DNA from: Octopus sinensis
Taxonomy: Eukaryota
Length of the DNA: 64,000 nucleotides
Assembly (NCBI RefSeq): GCF_006345805.1
Contig: NC_042999.1
Location: 52,080,001 to 52,144,000 of the forward strand
Direction: 5' to 3'
How positions within the stretch are numbered: the first letter of the stretch is position 1; every line of letters begins with the position of its first letter. The notes under the pieces were generated by a model. It worked only from the letters and a program-made list of their open reading frames with translations, made no database searches and was not told the DNA's origin. This document shows, one piece after another, positions 1 through 13,563 of the stretch. Position numbers and translations under genes: made by a program.

Positions 1-465
1 TAACTTACTGTAATGCGTTTTTTTGCATGACATTATTGCCCGAGGTTACCGTGGTCTTTTCTGTAGGCTTTTCTTTCCACGGATAAACCTAATCTGTTTC
101 CCTCTTTAGTGGCTCTGGAGTTTATTTTAGTATAAGCAGTGCTGGTCAGCACCCTCCGCCACTTTTGTGACCTCTATTAATTTTTGCTATGTATGTATTT
201 ATTTATGTATGTATGTGTGTGTGTATGTATGTATGTATGTATGTATGTACGTACGTACGAGTGTGTGTTAGAAAGAGAATTCGCTCATATAGTCCGTTCA
301 ATGAAGTCGTTGTTGTGCAGTTATCCAATGAACCCATCTGGAATATTGTTTAGTCCCTCTCTTACTGGAAAGAGAAGAACATGCGATACTTTAGCGATAT
401 TTGAGACACTAACTCCCTCTACCTTCAAACATGTATATTACTTATACAGATATTTTATATACTTA

Positions 466-893
466 GGCGCAGGCGTGGCTGAGTGGTAAGAAGCTTGCTT
501 CCCACCACATGGTTCCGGGTTCAGTCCCACAGCGTGACACCTTGCGCAGGTGCCATCCACTATCACCTCGGGCCGACTAAAGCGTTGTAAGCGAATTTAA
601 TAGACGGAAACTGAAAGAAGCCCGTCGTATACACACACACATATATATATGCATATATGTATGTATGCATGTATGCATGTACTTGTGTGTCTGTGTTTGT
701 TCCCCCACCATTGCTTGTCAACAGATGTTGGTGTGTTTACGGCCCCGTAACTTAGCGTCCTCGTAACCGATAGAATAAGTACTAGGCTTACAAAGAATAA
801 GTCCTGAGGTCGATTTGTTCGATAAAAGGCTGTGCTCCAGCATGGCCGCATTGGAATGACTGAAACAATTGAAAAAATAAAAGAATAAAAGAA
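466..893 (+). mobile_element. tRNA-derived SINE, family A, full length
   Basis: A-box-like TGGCTGAGTGG (476-486), B-box-like GGTTCAGTCC (518-527), internal CA/TA microsatellite and A-rich tail; near-identical reverse copies at 13175 and 53603. Confidence 0.9.
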
Positions 894-1007
894 CATCAAG
901 TCGGTTACATAACCTAGATATATTCAACAAGTATTTTGCACTGGATATGTGGTCAATTTGCAGCACTCAAAAAAGAAATACTACTCTACCCTACAAAACC
1001 ACAACCT

Positions 1008-1239
1008 ATTTCTTTACTACCCACAAGGGGCTAAACACAGAAAGGACAAACAAGGACAGACAAACGGATTAAGTCGATTATATCGACCCCAGTGCGTAAC
1101 TGGTACTTAATTTATCGACCCCGAAAGGATGAAAGGCAAAGTCGACCTCGGCGGAATTTGAACTCACAACGTAACGGCAGACGAAATACCGCTAAGCATC
1201 TCGCCCGGCGTGCTAACGTTTCTGCCAGCTCGTCGCCTT
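1008..1239 (-). mobile_element. tRNA-derived SINE, family B
   Basis: Reverse strand has B-box-like GAGTTCAAATTCC and the central GCCTTTCATCCTTTCGGGGTCGATAAATTAAGTACCAG; copies at 2232 (+) and 40430 (-). Confidence 0.9.
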
Positions 1240-1246
1240 CCAACAA

Positions 1247-1420
1247 AACCACCACCACCACCACTACCACCACCACCACCACCACCACCACCACCGCAAA
1301 CATCACCGTCGCCGCCACCACCACTGTCAGCATCATCACCACCACCATTACCACTGCCAACACTGCCACTGCCTTCTCTACGAACGTCATCACCATCACT
1401 ACCTCAACAATTAGCGCCAC
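1247..1420. repeat. (ACC)n / degenerate CAY trinucleotide repeat
   Basis: Direct reading; source of the poly-T/P/V ORFs. Confidence 0.9.
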
Positions 1421-1926
1421 CAGCACGAGAGAGCAGCAGGAGGGGGGAGGAGGCTGGGAATGCGAAAGAAAGGAAGGAGGAAAGAGGAAGAAAGTGTGGG
1501 GGGGGGGAAGAATGAGATAGAGGAAAAGAAAGAGAAAGGTTAACTGTTCAATTTGTAGCGGGGGAAAAAAAAAGCAATGACAGGGGTTCAAATGGGTGAA
1601 ATACCAGCAGATATCAGTTAGAAGATCGATTGACAATGAAATCTATCTATCAGCTATGTTTATCAGCATATACATATCTATTACATTCTTAATACACACA
1701 CACACACACACACACACATGAAGGCGCGCATACGCGTACTCACATGCGCACACACTGATTGAGATAATCAGACAATCAATAAACAACCCAGATATAAAAG
1801 CCGGAAAATTTTGTGATACTCCGGTTTATTTTCAGGCCACAATACTCTCAATAAACTCCCTATGAAATGCTTAGACTGTCTATAGCAATCTGTTCAAGTC
1901 ACATTGAACTCCTAACATTATATATC

Positions 1927-1930
<4 letters not shown>

Positions 1931-1980
<50 letters not shown>
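1931..1980. repeat. (CT)n microsatellite
   Basis: Direct reading. Confidence 0.95.
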
Positions 1981-1983
<3 letters not shown>

Positions 1984-2231
1984 TCTCTATGTCTCTATGT
2001 CTCTCTGTCTCTTTGTCTAACTCTCTTTCTATTTTACTTCTTGTTCTGACTACAGATATGTAATGACAAATCACCATATTATGGGTTGTTCCACTATGAA
2101 GTATTAAAACCGTCCTGATGTGGAATCACGAAACCGTTACTTTGCGGTGAGCGCATTTTAAATTCTAGTTCATTGAAACAGGGAACAAAGCATGTGTTTT
2201 GATTAATGGGTGAGTGGTATTATTTCCAAAA

Positions 2232-2445
2232 GACGTTAGCGCGCCGGGTGAAATGCTTAGCGGTATTTCGTCTGCCGTTACGTTGTGAGTTCAAATTCCG
2301 CCGAGGTCGGCTTTGCCTTTCATCCTTTCGGGGTCGATAAATTAAGCACCAGTTACGCACTGGGGTCGATGTAATCAACTTAATACCTATGTCTGTCCTT
2401 GTTTGTCCCCTCTATGTTTAGCCCCTCGTGGGTAATAAAGAAATA
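2232..2445 (+). mobile_element. SINE family B copy with 14-bp TSD
   Basis: Reverse complement of 1008-1239; GGTATTATTTCCAA duplicated at 2216-2229 and 2446-2459. Confidence 0.9.
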
Positions 2446-2482
2446 GGTATTATTTCCAAGTGGCGTACGCACCAACAGAAGT

Positions 2483-2845
2483 GGAGGCGCAATAGCCCAG
2501 TGGTAAGGGCAGCGGACTCGCAGTTTCGATTCCCAGACCGAGCGTTGTGTGTGTTTATTGAGCGAAAACACCTAAAGCTCCACGAGGCTCCGGCAGGGCC
2601 TGGTGGCAACCCCTGTTGTACTCGCTCCAACTTTCTCTCACTCTTTCTTCCTGTTTCTTGTCTCCGATTTCCTACACAACCGCTGAGCCTTGATGCGTAT
2701 TCATCAATCCGCCGATGCTCTCGGTGTCGGGGGTTGACCCGCTTTCTCTTCTGCGGGTCTTACGAATAGCAAAGGACCACGTTTCGGACTTCTCCCACTA
2801 TACTCTGGAACGAAGACCGCTTCGCTCAACAAACAAACAAACAAG
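2483..2845 (+). mobile_element. tRNA-derived SINE, family C
   Basis: A-box-like TAGCCCAGTGG, B-box-like GTTTCGATTCC and (CAAA)n tail; related heads at 28940-29099 and 53380-53589 (-). Confidence 0.75.
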
Positions 2846-3047
2846 CACCAACTGAAAGAGATGTTCGGGGCATTCCCTGTTGCATCGATATGCATAAATA
2901 CATCCATATATTTCAACAGGCATGCATCTACTCATCTATATTACGCACAAAACCATGCATAAATACATACATGAGTGTCTTTATGCCTAGTTATCAGTAA
3001 GCAACATACATATTTGTATGCATAGATCAAGATAAGTGCATATATGA

Positions 3048-3330
3048 GCACTCCGTCGGTAACGACGACGCGGGTCCCAGCTGATACGATCAACGGAACA
3101 GCTTGCTCGTGAAATTAACGTGCAAGTGGCTGAGCACTTCATAGACAGGGTGGTGGAGATCCCTGCTGTACTCTTTCGCCACAACTTTCTCTCACTCTTT
3201 CTTCTGTTGGCCTGCTCGTTTAGCCAGCGGGGTGGCGTCATTTGAAGGCTAAAAAACAATGCGAAGCGCATTGTGACCAGCGACGTGTAGCAACATCTGA
3301 TAGCCTGGTCAGTCACGGTCACGGTCACGG
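3048..3330 (+). mobile_element. SINE body fragment sharing a module with family C
   Basis: CCCTGCTGTACTC...AACTTTCTCTCACTCTTTCTTC shared with ~2611-2650; ends in (GGTCAC)n. Confidence 0.55.
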
Positions 3331-3337
3331 TGATTTG

Positions 3338-3388
<51 letters not shown>

Positions 3389-5422
3389 GTGTATGAAAGC
3401 CCACATGCATGTGAGTGTGCTTTGAGAGAATGATGCAAACGCAGGCAAGATTAAAGACACGGTGTCGTTCTGCTTTTGTCCCTCTCACCATCACATATGC
3501 TACAAACCGTTGCTGAACAGGATGAAAGCCAGTCACCATCGGAGACATATCTCTACAGTTTGCCATATGAGAATTCGCAAATAATAAATTGAAACAGAAA
3601 TATCTGTACCTCTGTTTTCTTTTCTTTTTTTAATTGTATTATACAAACACTATCTCATGTTTCCTCTCTATCCCGCTGTACTTGTGTCTAACCTGTCGTG
3701 TATGTGTAATAGATATGTTTACTTATAGAGAAATACAAATATATACGCATGAACCATACCTGAATACATGCGTGTGTGTGTGCGTCGGTAATACACATAG
3801 ATACGTATCCACATACGCATACATAGACATATTTTTTTATGATCTGCATATGCATAGTCACATGCATTTTATAAACATAAAAGTACCTCTATACACAGAT
3901 GTTCAGATTAATTCAGACTCCTATCTGTTTTGTAGCGATCCAATTGATAAATAAGCCAGTGATTTAGGAGTCAATAATATGTTTTGTCAGTTCAATAGTT
4001 AACATTGACAAAGGACTGTTTAAGCAGTTGCTTTTCCTCTTCACAGAGACACAGCTTCCCGCGTAACTTTCATCTTTATAGAACTCGTGTATGTGAAATA
4101 TTTTATATCGTTCCTGCATATCGTCATTGGAAGGAAAATGATAGATGTATATTAAGTATTTTTGTTTCATATTTTTATTAACACAGGTACACACGCACAC
4201 ATACGCACACACATACAAACACGCACGCAAACACAAACACACGCATACGAATACACACACGCGTACATACACATATACACACGCGTATACACACATTTCT
4301 ATACGAATGAATGATCTTTGACGGCTGTTATGGATGCTCTAAACACCTGTACCCAAACGTTTTCTGCTCATGGTGCCGTCTGAGCTAAAGTGTTTTTGAA
4401 GGAGTAGCGGTTGTCTAAGAACGCAACTATTCCTTCTCTAGTCTATCGATAGCATCCAATGGAAATGGCAAAGTGGACACAACTTGGCGCTAGCATCCTC
4501 ACTGTTATTACCTTGACAATACTAAGAGACGTAAGAGATATCATGGCCTCCTGTATGATACTTTACTGACTCTGACAATTGCTTCTAGACTGAAAATATA
4601 TTTAATGACCTGGACAGGTTGAAAGACAGATCGAGCCCCTGCTCAGTTATACTAATAACTGATAGATAATGCCATTTAATAAGTGTCTCAGAAAAATTAA
4701 GATATGCTTTGTCGGATCCATGTTTGATTTGGAACATACAAATTGATTCTGATTATTGAAAAATAATCTCAATATCCCCTGCAATAGAGACTTTCGGAGG
4801 GATTTTTCTCTATTTCGGCATGACAACAGTTTGTTTTTCTGCAGTATGGAAATGTGTTTATTAAGCTCCATTCCCATAACCAGGTCACTTAAAAACTAAT
4901 TCTTCTTTGCCGACTACATTGGCCATAATATAATCCAGGCCGATTAGAATAAAGATTTAGTTGATTTAGTCGGCCTGGGATAGCATCTACTTTAATTCCT
5001 AAAGAAGGTACAGTTCAGGAGTGAACATCTGCGGATGAAATAATTATTCGAGTGTTTGTTTTTATTGGAATAATTAGATGATGATATGTTTCTAAGAGGC
5101 GAAATGAACCATATCTATATCAAGTGTTCACAGTACCGCTCCGCTATTAAAACAGCTGAGATGTGAGATGTCACAGGAACTGCTAGATGCTCAGTAAATA
5201 AATATTCACTGCTTTTCGTTATATAATATTATTTAAAATTCATTCCCTTTCTCTATTTTGAATAGAAGTTGAGCGTAGACACAACAACTTTCTACTTACA
5301 AATAGGCTGCTGCCAATGAGTAAAGCCATCTATCGGGTGAATTAAGTTGTACTTCGTAAAATCCATGATTGTCTAACTTGCCTCAGCCATACGGACACAA
5401 CACGTATATATATAAATATATG

Positions 5423-5459
<37 letters not shown>

Positions 5460-6932
5460 ACGTGCGTGTGTGTGTGTACGTGAGTGTACGTGTCTGTGTA
5501 TGTGTGTATGTGTGTGTGTGCGTGCGTGCGTATGTGTGAGTAATAATAATTTTATTGGTGTATGTAACTCACTCGTTTACTGTATTAAGCTCATCTCTCT
5601 GACAAAGCTGTAAGCTGAAAATCATTTGTCTATCACAGAAATATTTGAAAGTCCACGAGTCTCCATAAAATGTAGAAAGGATGGAATGAACAACTCAGTT
5701 TACTACTTCTAAGTACAATTGTTTCGCCTTAATTAAAAAAAACCCAATTAATCTCGTAGTGTCGTGTAATGATTTATGCAACTGTTGATTACTTTCCATA
5801 TGCCATTCTGTTTAACCCGAATAAGATTCTTCAGAATTGCATAAAAGATGACAAATTGAACGAACTTAAAGATTATGGAATATATAAATTTCGATTTAGC
5901 ATGTTCACATCATCAGATTTACATAATACAAACAAATCAGTACCAAGAATTTAATTGCTCAAAGAAAACATTTTTTAGTACAGGTGCGATAATTATCAAT
6001 TGGTTGTCAAGTCTGATACCGGCAACAAAATTTAGTAACACATTTTTTGTAAAGGTTCAAATGAGCCTATAAGTTGCATTCCGTTATTAAACATTGATAA
6101 AATAATATAAATCCAGTTTTCAGTAAGAAAATTTGAGAGAGCTGAATTTATTTACAGAAATTAAAGGCTATTTTTATGAAATCATCAGCAGATTTGCACA
6201 CAAGCCTCGTTCTCACCCATCTCTATAGCGTGGACTTTGCTTTAGAAGTCAGATTTTCTCAATCTGTTCGCTAAACTCCACCTTGTAGATAAATACTTCC
6301 TACATTCTGTTCTTATATAAATTTGTCTAAAACCAACAAATATATTCAACAAAAGGAAAAAAAAACTGTTGATAGATATCCTACGATTGTTCGGCTTTTA
6401 AGAATATGCTTTGAAGTAGAGTTGATCCTCGTGCAGATCTTCAAGAGTGCTTCATGAAGTCTGTTTTGTTTAAGTATTTAGGCGAGTTTCTGGTCTAAAA
6501 TTACATTGCTCCTCCCTCACGTTGACAGTATTTAAAAGATGAGTGCCACCACCATTCTATCTCTGACTCAGAAAATATCTTAATGTCTTGAATTCAGCAG
6601 ATTTATTTAATCGACTGGCTTTCATTAAACAAAATTGTGTTGAAAAAAAACTGAGGTCATGTTAGTGCTATCTTAACGTAATGAGGAATAATTTAATTAA
6701 CTAAGAATAATTAATAATGCAGAGAAAAAAAACTTTAAATCAAATACCAATATTAATTTAGCCTGATAAATAAATGATATCTGCTATTATTGAACTCGTG
6801 ATTTGTCTAATTCACATAATTTAGGGTCCCATAACGATAGAGGTGGAAATATGTAAGGTTTTACTGTGAATGCCTTTTTCAAGATGTGACAATTGTTCTA
6901 CCAATGCCAGATGATTACATCTTCGACGATAC

Positions 6933-6994
<62 letters not shown>

Positions 6995-8898
6995 GTATGT
7001 GTGCTTGTAATTACGCGTGTTTGTGTGTGAATAGCGTCAATGTGTCATAGGGAAGTGAAAAGGTGTCGATGACTAAACAAGAAGTCAATGGTTCATATAC
7101 ACATCGAAAACACGTCACTCTCGCTGGCCCAGTACACCTGACCGTAAGTAGCTACACCCAGTTGTATTGCCTTACCACATCAAACACATTCTCTATCATT
7201 TCACCCTGAACAATTGTTGAAATGGTCTGCAGTAACATGTAAAATCCTTTTGAAATGGGAAAGGTACAGCGAATTGCTTAGCAACTCAAATACTCAGCAC
7301 GGTGATGTCACCGAGGCAAATAAACGTTAGATCACATGACTGCGTACTCCTGAAGGTGTTGTCTTACAGAGGTCAAAACGACTGGAATATATGACGCAGT
7401 GCATTTGAAAGTATGTTGCTGTAGCAGAGTAATCAACAACATCGGAAAATGTGCCTCGAAGAATATGGCTGTGTCCACTTGAAATCTGTTAGTAAGGTAA
7501 TATAATACATCCATCAGAGCAAATGCCACTCAGAAAACGATGATTTCCTGAGTAATTGACTTAATGCTTATGGTCCAATTCCAAACTACGGAAGGTCTAA
7601 AAGACAGATCAGCTTTCAATTTATTTAAACCCTACACTTCGGACTGCAGATGTTGCTATGCCGTAATGAAATTCACAATGAAACCACAGTATCCGCAGTT
7701 CGATCCCGCTGCAAGGTACGACATATATACGTCATCCCTATGGTTCGGCGAAATCATTGTGAATGGAATTCTGTCCATTGGTATCTTGTCGAAAGAATGT
7801 AACCCATCCCTCGATTTAGTACGTCCATCACGGGTCCCTTTAACAATATGGAAATCACTTAATTTTTTTCTACCCTGATAAATGCTTCCCTATCGCATCT
7901 TCATTAATCCAATGAAAAGAAAACAAAATTGATACCGTTAGAAAGCACAAACGTAAACACAAACGTTCATTGTTTGGATACTTTACAATAATTTTTTAAT
8001 TGTGGTTTTACACCAAGCTTTCTTTTCCTATTATTTTCTCATCTTCTTTCATTTAAATAGTTCATTCTTCCAAAATTTAATGATTCTGTGCAAGCTCTAT
8101 AATAAAGATAAACCATTTATTTCTAAAGAGTTTATATTTTCTTTTTAATTTCCAAGTTCTGCAAAGTATTAATAAACGGTTGTTTTTTTGACTGACTTCT
8201 TTGCTTTGAGAGAAATTTATCTATTATGTTCTTGATAGTGGAAAATTTAATTAAAATTCACCACTCTTCGCTCTCACTTACAATTTACAGAGACTCTTCA
8301 ATACATACGTCTCTGTATAAATATATTTATATTGTATATTTATCATTGGAATTAGATTAGTTTTTATGGCCAAATTAAGATTGGACATTAAATATTTGTT
8401 TAGATTTTCAAGCGGAGTGTTTTTGTGCAGTTATACAATGCCAATATTGACGTCAATAGGACCTTGCAACTTACTGTAATTGCTGCACAAAAGTGAATTA
8501 ATGATGCAGTGTAAATTGCACGAAAATTACAATAATGACAATGTGTTCGATTCTGACGGAGGATCTTAATTTGGTAAACATGCATTTATAAGTGTGTATC
8601 TCTATATAATTATAACCAGCATATGATATCTCCAGTAAAGCATCAAATCATCGGAAGAGAGAGAGAGAGAGAAAACAAAAGAGAGAGATGAAGAGAGAGA
8701 AAGAAGAAGAGAGGAACATAAAGAGAGAGATGAAATGAGAGAGAGGAAGAGAGAGAAAGAGGAAAAGAGAGAGAAACTTTAAAAGATACGGAGAACGGAG
8801 AGAGTCAATGTGAAATGCAGGACTAGCACACATAACAGGCTTTGTGGACAATAAAGGAAAACCACAAACACACACACCACACACACACACACCACACA

Positions 8899-8948
<50 letters not shown>

Positions 8949-10300
8949 ACAAAGAATCACAGAGATAGAGCAAGAGGAAAGGGAGTCAATAACAGTATTT
9001 ATTTTATGCAAAAGAGAAATTTGTCTTATCTAATTTTATTTTAAGGTAACAAATAGTTTTCTTCGCTCGGAAAATAGTGTTCATAGAATCACCTGGTATA
9101 AGTTCCCAGAAACTTGTTAAATTATAGTTAATGTGTCTGTCTGTCTGTCATATTACCCTTGACTGTGGAAGTATACTTTCAAGTGTAGCCGTCACGTGAC
9201 GGGTAACACTCGAGTCAGCTCATATGTTCTAAAGTACTCAATCTTGTGGGCGATAATTATCAATTTTATACACAACCGAAAGAGCTAATGATGGGTTCCT
9301 GATTCATGATAGTTTAATAAGGCATATTTGTAAAATACATCATGTATCTCCAAGCAATCTTTCAGGGCCTGTTTATGCGTTAAATATATTTTTAAAACGA
9401 AGGACGCTGGACAGTGAGCAGTTTCTCAAATACCAAACCGATTTCGGCATTTATTTTGTTTACCAATGGTAAAAAAATATATAATTAAGGGGATTAAGAG
9501 AGTTCAAATTTACAAGGGTAAATTCGGAAAAGCATATTTAAACGATCAAATGTTCAGATATTCATAGAAATTTCAATGAGTTTCACAGAAATAGACAGCA
9601 TTAAATGTTTAAACGTTCGATGACAATCAAAGCAAGTATACACGGTTGAAATTTCAGTGATATTGAATTTTCATAAATAAAAGGGACAGAAATAAAGAGA
9701 AAGAAAAGAAGCTTTTTTTTACAATTTCTGTCGTAGTCAATATAAAAGCCCTACGTCCATTTCTGTCATAGTACATGAAGTTCTTCCTCGTTGGTCACTG
9801 GTTTAGAATTCAAAATGTTTTAAGTTGGAATTTTTTAGAATATATATATGTTTTTAATGGAAAAGATCAAATTTTGATTCTTGGTAAATTTGCTGACGCC
9901 ATTTCTTTTCTCGTGGATGTTTTGGTCAAATATTTTTGTTTTGTCAAAATCCTGCGCTCTTGTTTGTTGACTTCCTGGTGACGTCATTTGTTTATCTAAC
10001 GTTTTCATTTCTTGTTGACCATTAGAGGTCCACTGCTCTGTTCACTTGCTGATTTATTTTCTGCTTACGTTGATTCATTGTTGTCAAAGGACTTGTTAAC
10101 CTGTTTAAGTGTGATGGTCATCAAACGTTCCGGTTGGTTGGTTCCCTTATACATAACTGTTTGTAAACCTGGTTTCGTATTTGAATAAATCTATTACAAA
10201 TTTTAAAACGACTACGAGTTTTGAGATTCAGAAGCATTTTCAAACTCCGAAACAAATTCTCCTACATTCGTTACTGCGTGAGAACATACACTTCTTCTCC

Positions 10301-10349
<49 letters not shown>

Positions 10350-10350
<1 letters not shown>

Positions 10351-10935
10351 TAATCATTCTTTAGTTAGTTACAGATCATTTGGTAAATGACGGAGTTTGA
10401 TGCTGCTGCCTTCATTCCAGATTGATTTCTGCTGTGAAGTTGCCTCATCAGGGAATCTTGAGAGTAGGCAATCCAGTTTAGTTTTGAAAACATTTGCATC
10501 CACACCATGTAGGTCCCTCAGCTCTCTCAGGAGGGTATTGAAGATATGTTGGCCCTTGAACCTCGAGCTACTGCAGTATCTGGTTCTGTATTTTGATGGT
10601 CGGGGAGGGACTTTTCAGGTTCTATGCAATGTCAACGTCTTCTGGTGTTTGTAAAACTTCCATCACCAAAGTTTGGGACAAGTCGTTCCAGATGTATATT
10701 GCAGCATATCTTTCCTGCTTTCTTTCCGGAGATTATAGGCTTAACCTCTCGAGTGTTACCCTGAAGCTAAGTTTCTGCTTCGAGGCTATATTCTTTGTGT
10801 AGCTTCGCTGGACTGCTTTGATTTCTGCTATTAATTTCACACTGTATGGTGACCATAGTTGGCAACTATTGTCATAATGGCTTAGGAAAAATGTCGTCTA
10901 GAGGACCATCATGGCTCCCTGCTCACTTGTTCTGA
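10350..10935 (-). mobile_element. CR1/L2-like LINE 3' fragment
   Basis: Reverse translation RYCSSSRFKGQHIFNTL...VDANVFKTKLD..LSRFPDE; homologous to 24600-25070 and 50080-50630. Confidence 0.75.
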
Positions 10936-11244
10936 AAATTCTAAGAATTCATCCACTCTGCCGCCTATATTTCATTACCAAATTAGTAATATGCACTACT
11001 CATATCATTGACCGGGTCACAAATTAATTGTGATTCTGGAACAGCGATCCCTCTGATTCCAGTGTATTTTGTCTACATTGCATTAAACTCTGTCACCTGA
11101 TAGTGTAGGGCTTGGAAATTTACATATATTATAATATATTATCCATAATAGATACACACAAATACAGGCATACATACACACACATACAGACACACACTCA
11201 CACGCACACATGCATATATATTATATATTTATAAAATATAAATA

Positions 11245-11480
11245 CTGTGTTGAGTTAAAAGTCTAGCAATATTTTGGGAAACTAATTGCTGTATTCTTCA
11301 ATTTTCAACAAAAACAGCCTAGTATTCAAAGTGTTGCACTGTTTGAAGACAGCTTTTTGCCAGTTCTTTAACCCCATGCTGATACCAGTTTTTGCCCTTC
11401 AACGCCAAGAACTCTGTCGATGGTGCTGAAGTTTCCACTTCCACTTCCACTTCGTTGATGAAGCAGCGCAAACGCAGGAA
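11245..11480 (-). mobile_element. mariner transposase C-terminal remnant
   Basis: FLALKGKNWYQHGVKELAKSCLQTVQH resembles the C-terminal helix of mariner transposases. Confidence 0.6.
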
Positions 11481-11549
11481 GTGAGCCGTGACTGAAAGAA
11501 TAGTTCTCAGCAGTGTGTTATGCATTATTAAATAAAATAATCTTGGATT

Positions 11550-11601
<52 letters not shown>

Positions 11602-11629
11602 AATACATATATATGCATGTATATATATG

Positions 11630-11718
<89 letters not shown>

Positions 11719-13097
11719 CATTGTCTGAAGAGCATGAGAAAAAAGGGCCTCACTTCTTGATCCTTTTCCTCTTACAAGGCACTCACACGACTGACATTTT
11801 GTACTTGGGGTTTATTCCATAACATGTTAGTTACCCCATAGTTAGGTCAGAGTAGACCAAAGAAGATGGTGGTTAAGAGGCCGTGTCACACTCCCCAAAG
11901 TCATGGAACTCTCGAACCAGGGCCCCACTAGTTTAAAGTCATATCCAAGACACAGGTAATATATCTAATATGGTGGTACGTAGGAGAGCGAACATTGAAG
12001 TTCCAGACAAAATCTATATTTTGTCAAAACTGAATTCGTGAATCAACTGTCACTGTTAAACACAAGGCTAATGAATATCTTACAAACTATCATACGTACA
12101 ACACGAAATTTTTGTGACTAAATATTGAGATTCTAGATTGAAATCAGTTTGCTGAGTTGATGTAATGATTATTGATTGATAGATAATCACAAAATATGGC
12201 AAATCGGTATTTTCATGAAAAATGTTATATGCAGCAGATATGTGTTCATGTTTTTGGTTCTTAAGTAAGCAAAATAAATCATAATTGTAATTGTAAAGCA
12301 AACATTCGAATCAGAGATAGGCTTAGTAATTTCATTATATTGACTCTGATGTTATACTCGCCTGTTTAAACGAAAGCCGCCAGTTTGAAGGAAAAACAGT
12401 TTCATGCGGCTCTCGTGACTCTACAGGAGAAGATAAAATCTAGATAAATACGAAGAACTTAATGATAACTGGCATAAACTACTGTTCTCTTTTGCGTTAA
12501 CTCTTTACATCGCTTCACTGATGCGTGTTAAAGTTAAGATGTGAGAACGGAATGTATGGATGACTGGTTAGATTATCGGAGAAATTCTGAAAATAATCCG
12601 AACAAGTAATGTATTATCCCGCGAGAGAAATTTATTTAAGTTAATGTCGTTCGGCTGGCACTAACACTTATAAAATTGATATTACTATATAGCCATGAAT
12701 TAGGAGTGGGTTGGGAGTTTATGCTGGAGGGTAGAAATACATCAGTAATTTAATGATGGAAGTGAGGTTGAAGGAGTCACTGTGAATAGTGACGGCACGA
12801 TCAAATTAAAACTTATTAAATTACCACAGTATGAAGTGACTACATGAAAGTTCTCAAGAGAAGGGAAATGATTTTAATTAGAGTCAATCACACAAAAAGT
12901 AGGTAGATATATGTATAGACAGGAAGAAATGTAGCGAAATATTTCCGGTTACTGTGTCTGATAAAATCTTAGCATAAAAAGTAGTTCTGATTGTGGAAAC
13001 TCATTATGATAATCGATATAACCTACATTCTTTCTAATTATTTATAACTAAAACACTCTCATACAGGTGTACAGGGGTGTATGTATATATTTGTATA

Positions 13098-13173
<76 letters not shown>

Positions 13174-13174
13174 C

Positions 13175-13381
13175 TCTTTACTCTTTTACTCTTTTACTTG
13201 TTTCAGTCATTTGACTGCGGCCATGCTGGAGCACCGCCTTTAGTCGAGCAAATCGACCCCGGGACTTATTCTTTGTAAGCCCAGTACTAATTCTATCGGT
13301 CTCTTTTGCCGAACCGCTAAGTGACGGGGACGTAAACACACCAGCATCGGTTGTCAAGCAATGCTAGAGGGACAAACACAA

Positions 13382-13414
<33 letters not shown>

Positions 13415-13563
13415 CATATATACGACAGGCTTCTTTCAGTTTCCGTCTACCAAATCCACTCACAAGGCATTAATCGGCCCGGGGCTATACCAGAAGACAC
13501 TTGCCCAAGATGCCACGCAGTGGGACTGAACCTGGAACCATGTGGTTGGTTAGCAAGCTACTT
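13175..13563 (-). mobile_element. SINE family A, 3' part (interrupted)
   Basis: Matches 53603-53989 almost exactly; the head continues at 15890-15927. Confidence 0.9.

Noticed and set aside
466-540. tRNA gene
   Set aside because: SINE head continuing into the SINE body; no complete cloverleaf or terminator
1092-1636. Thr/Pro-rich mucin-like ORFs
   Set aside because: SINE plus (ACC)n repeat; the same N-terminus recurs in the SINE at 40515
2110-2145. Hammerhead-like CTGATGT...GAAAC
   Set aside because: Core mismatch and no stem I pairing
4310-5100. Complex, GC-richer stretch that might be decayed coding sequence
   Set aside because: No recognisable motif in the ORF track; needs BLASTX
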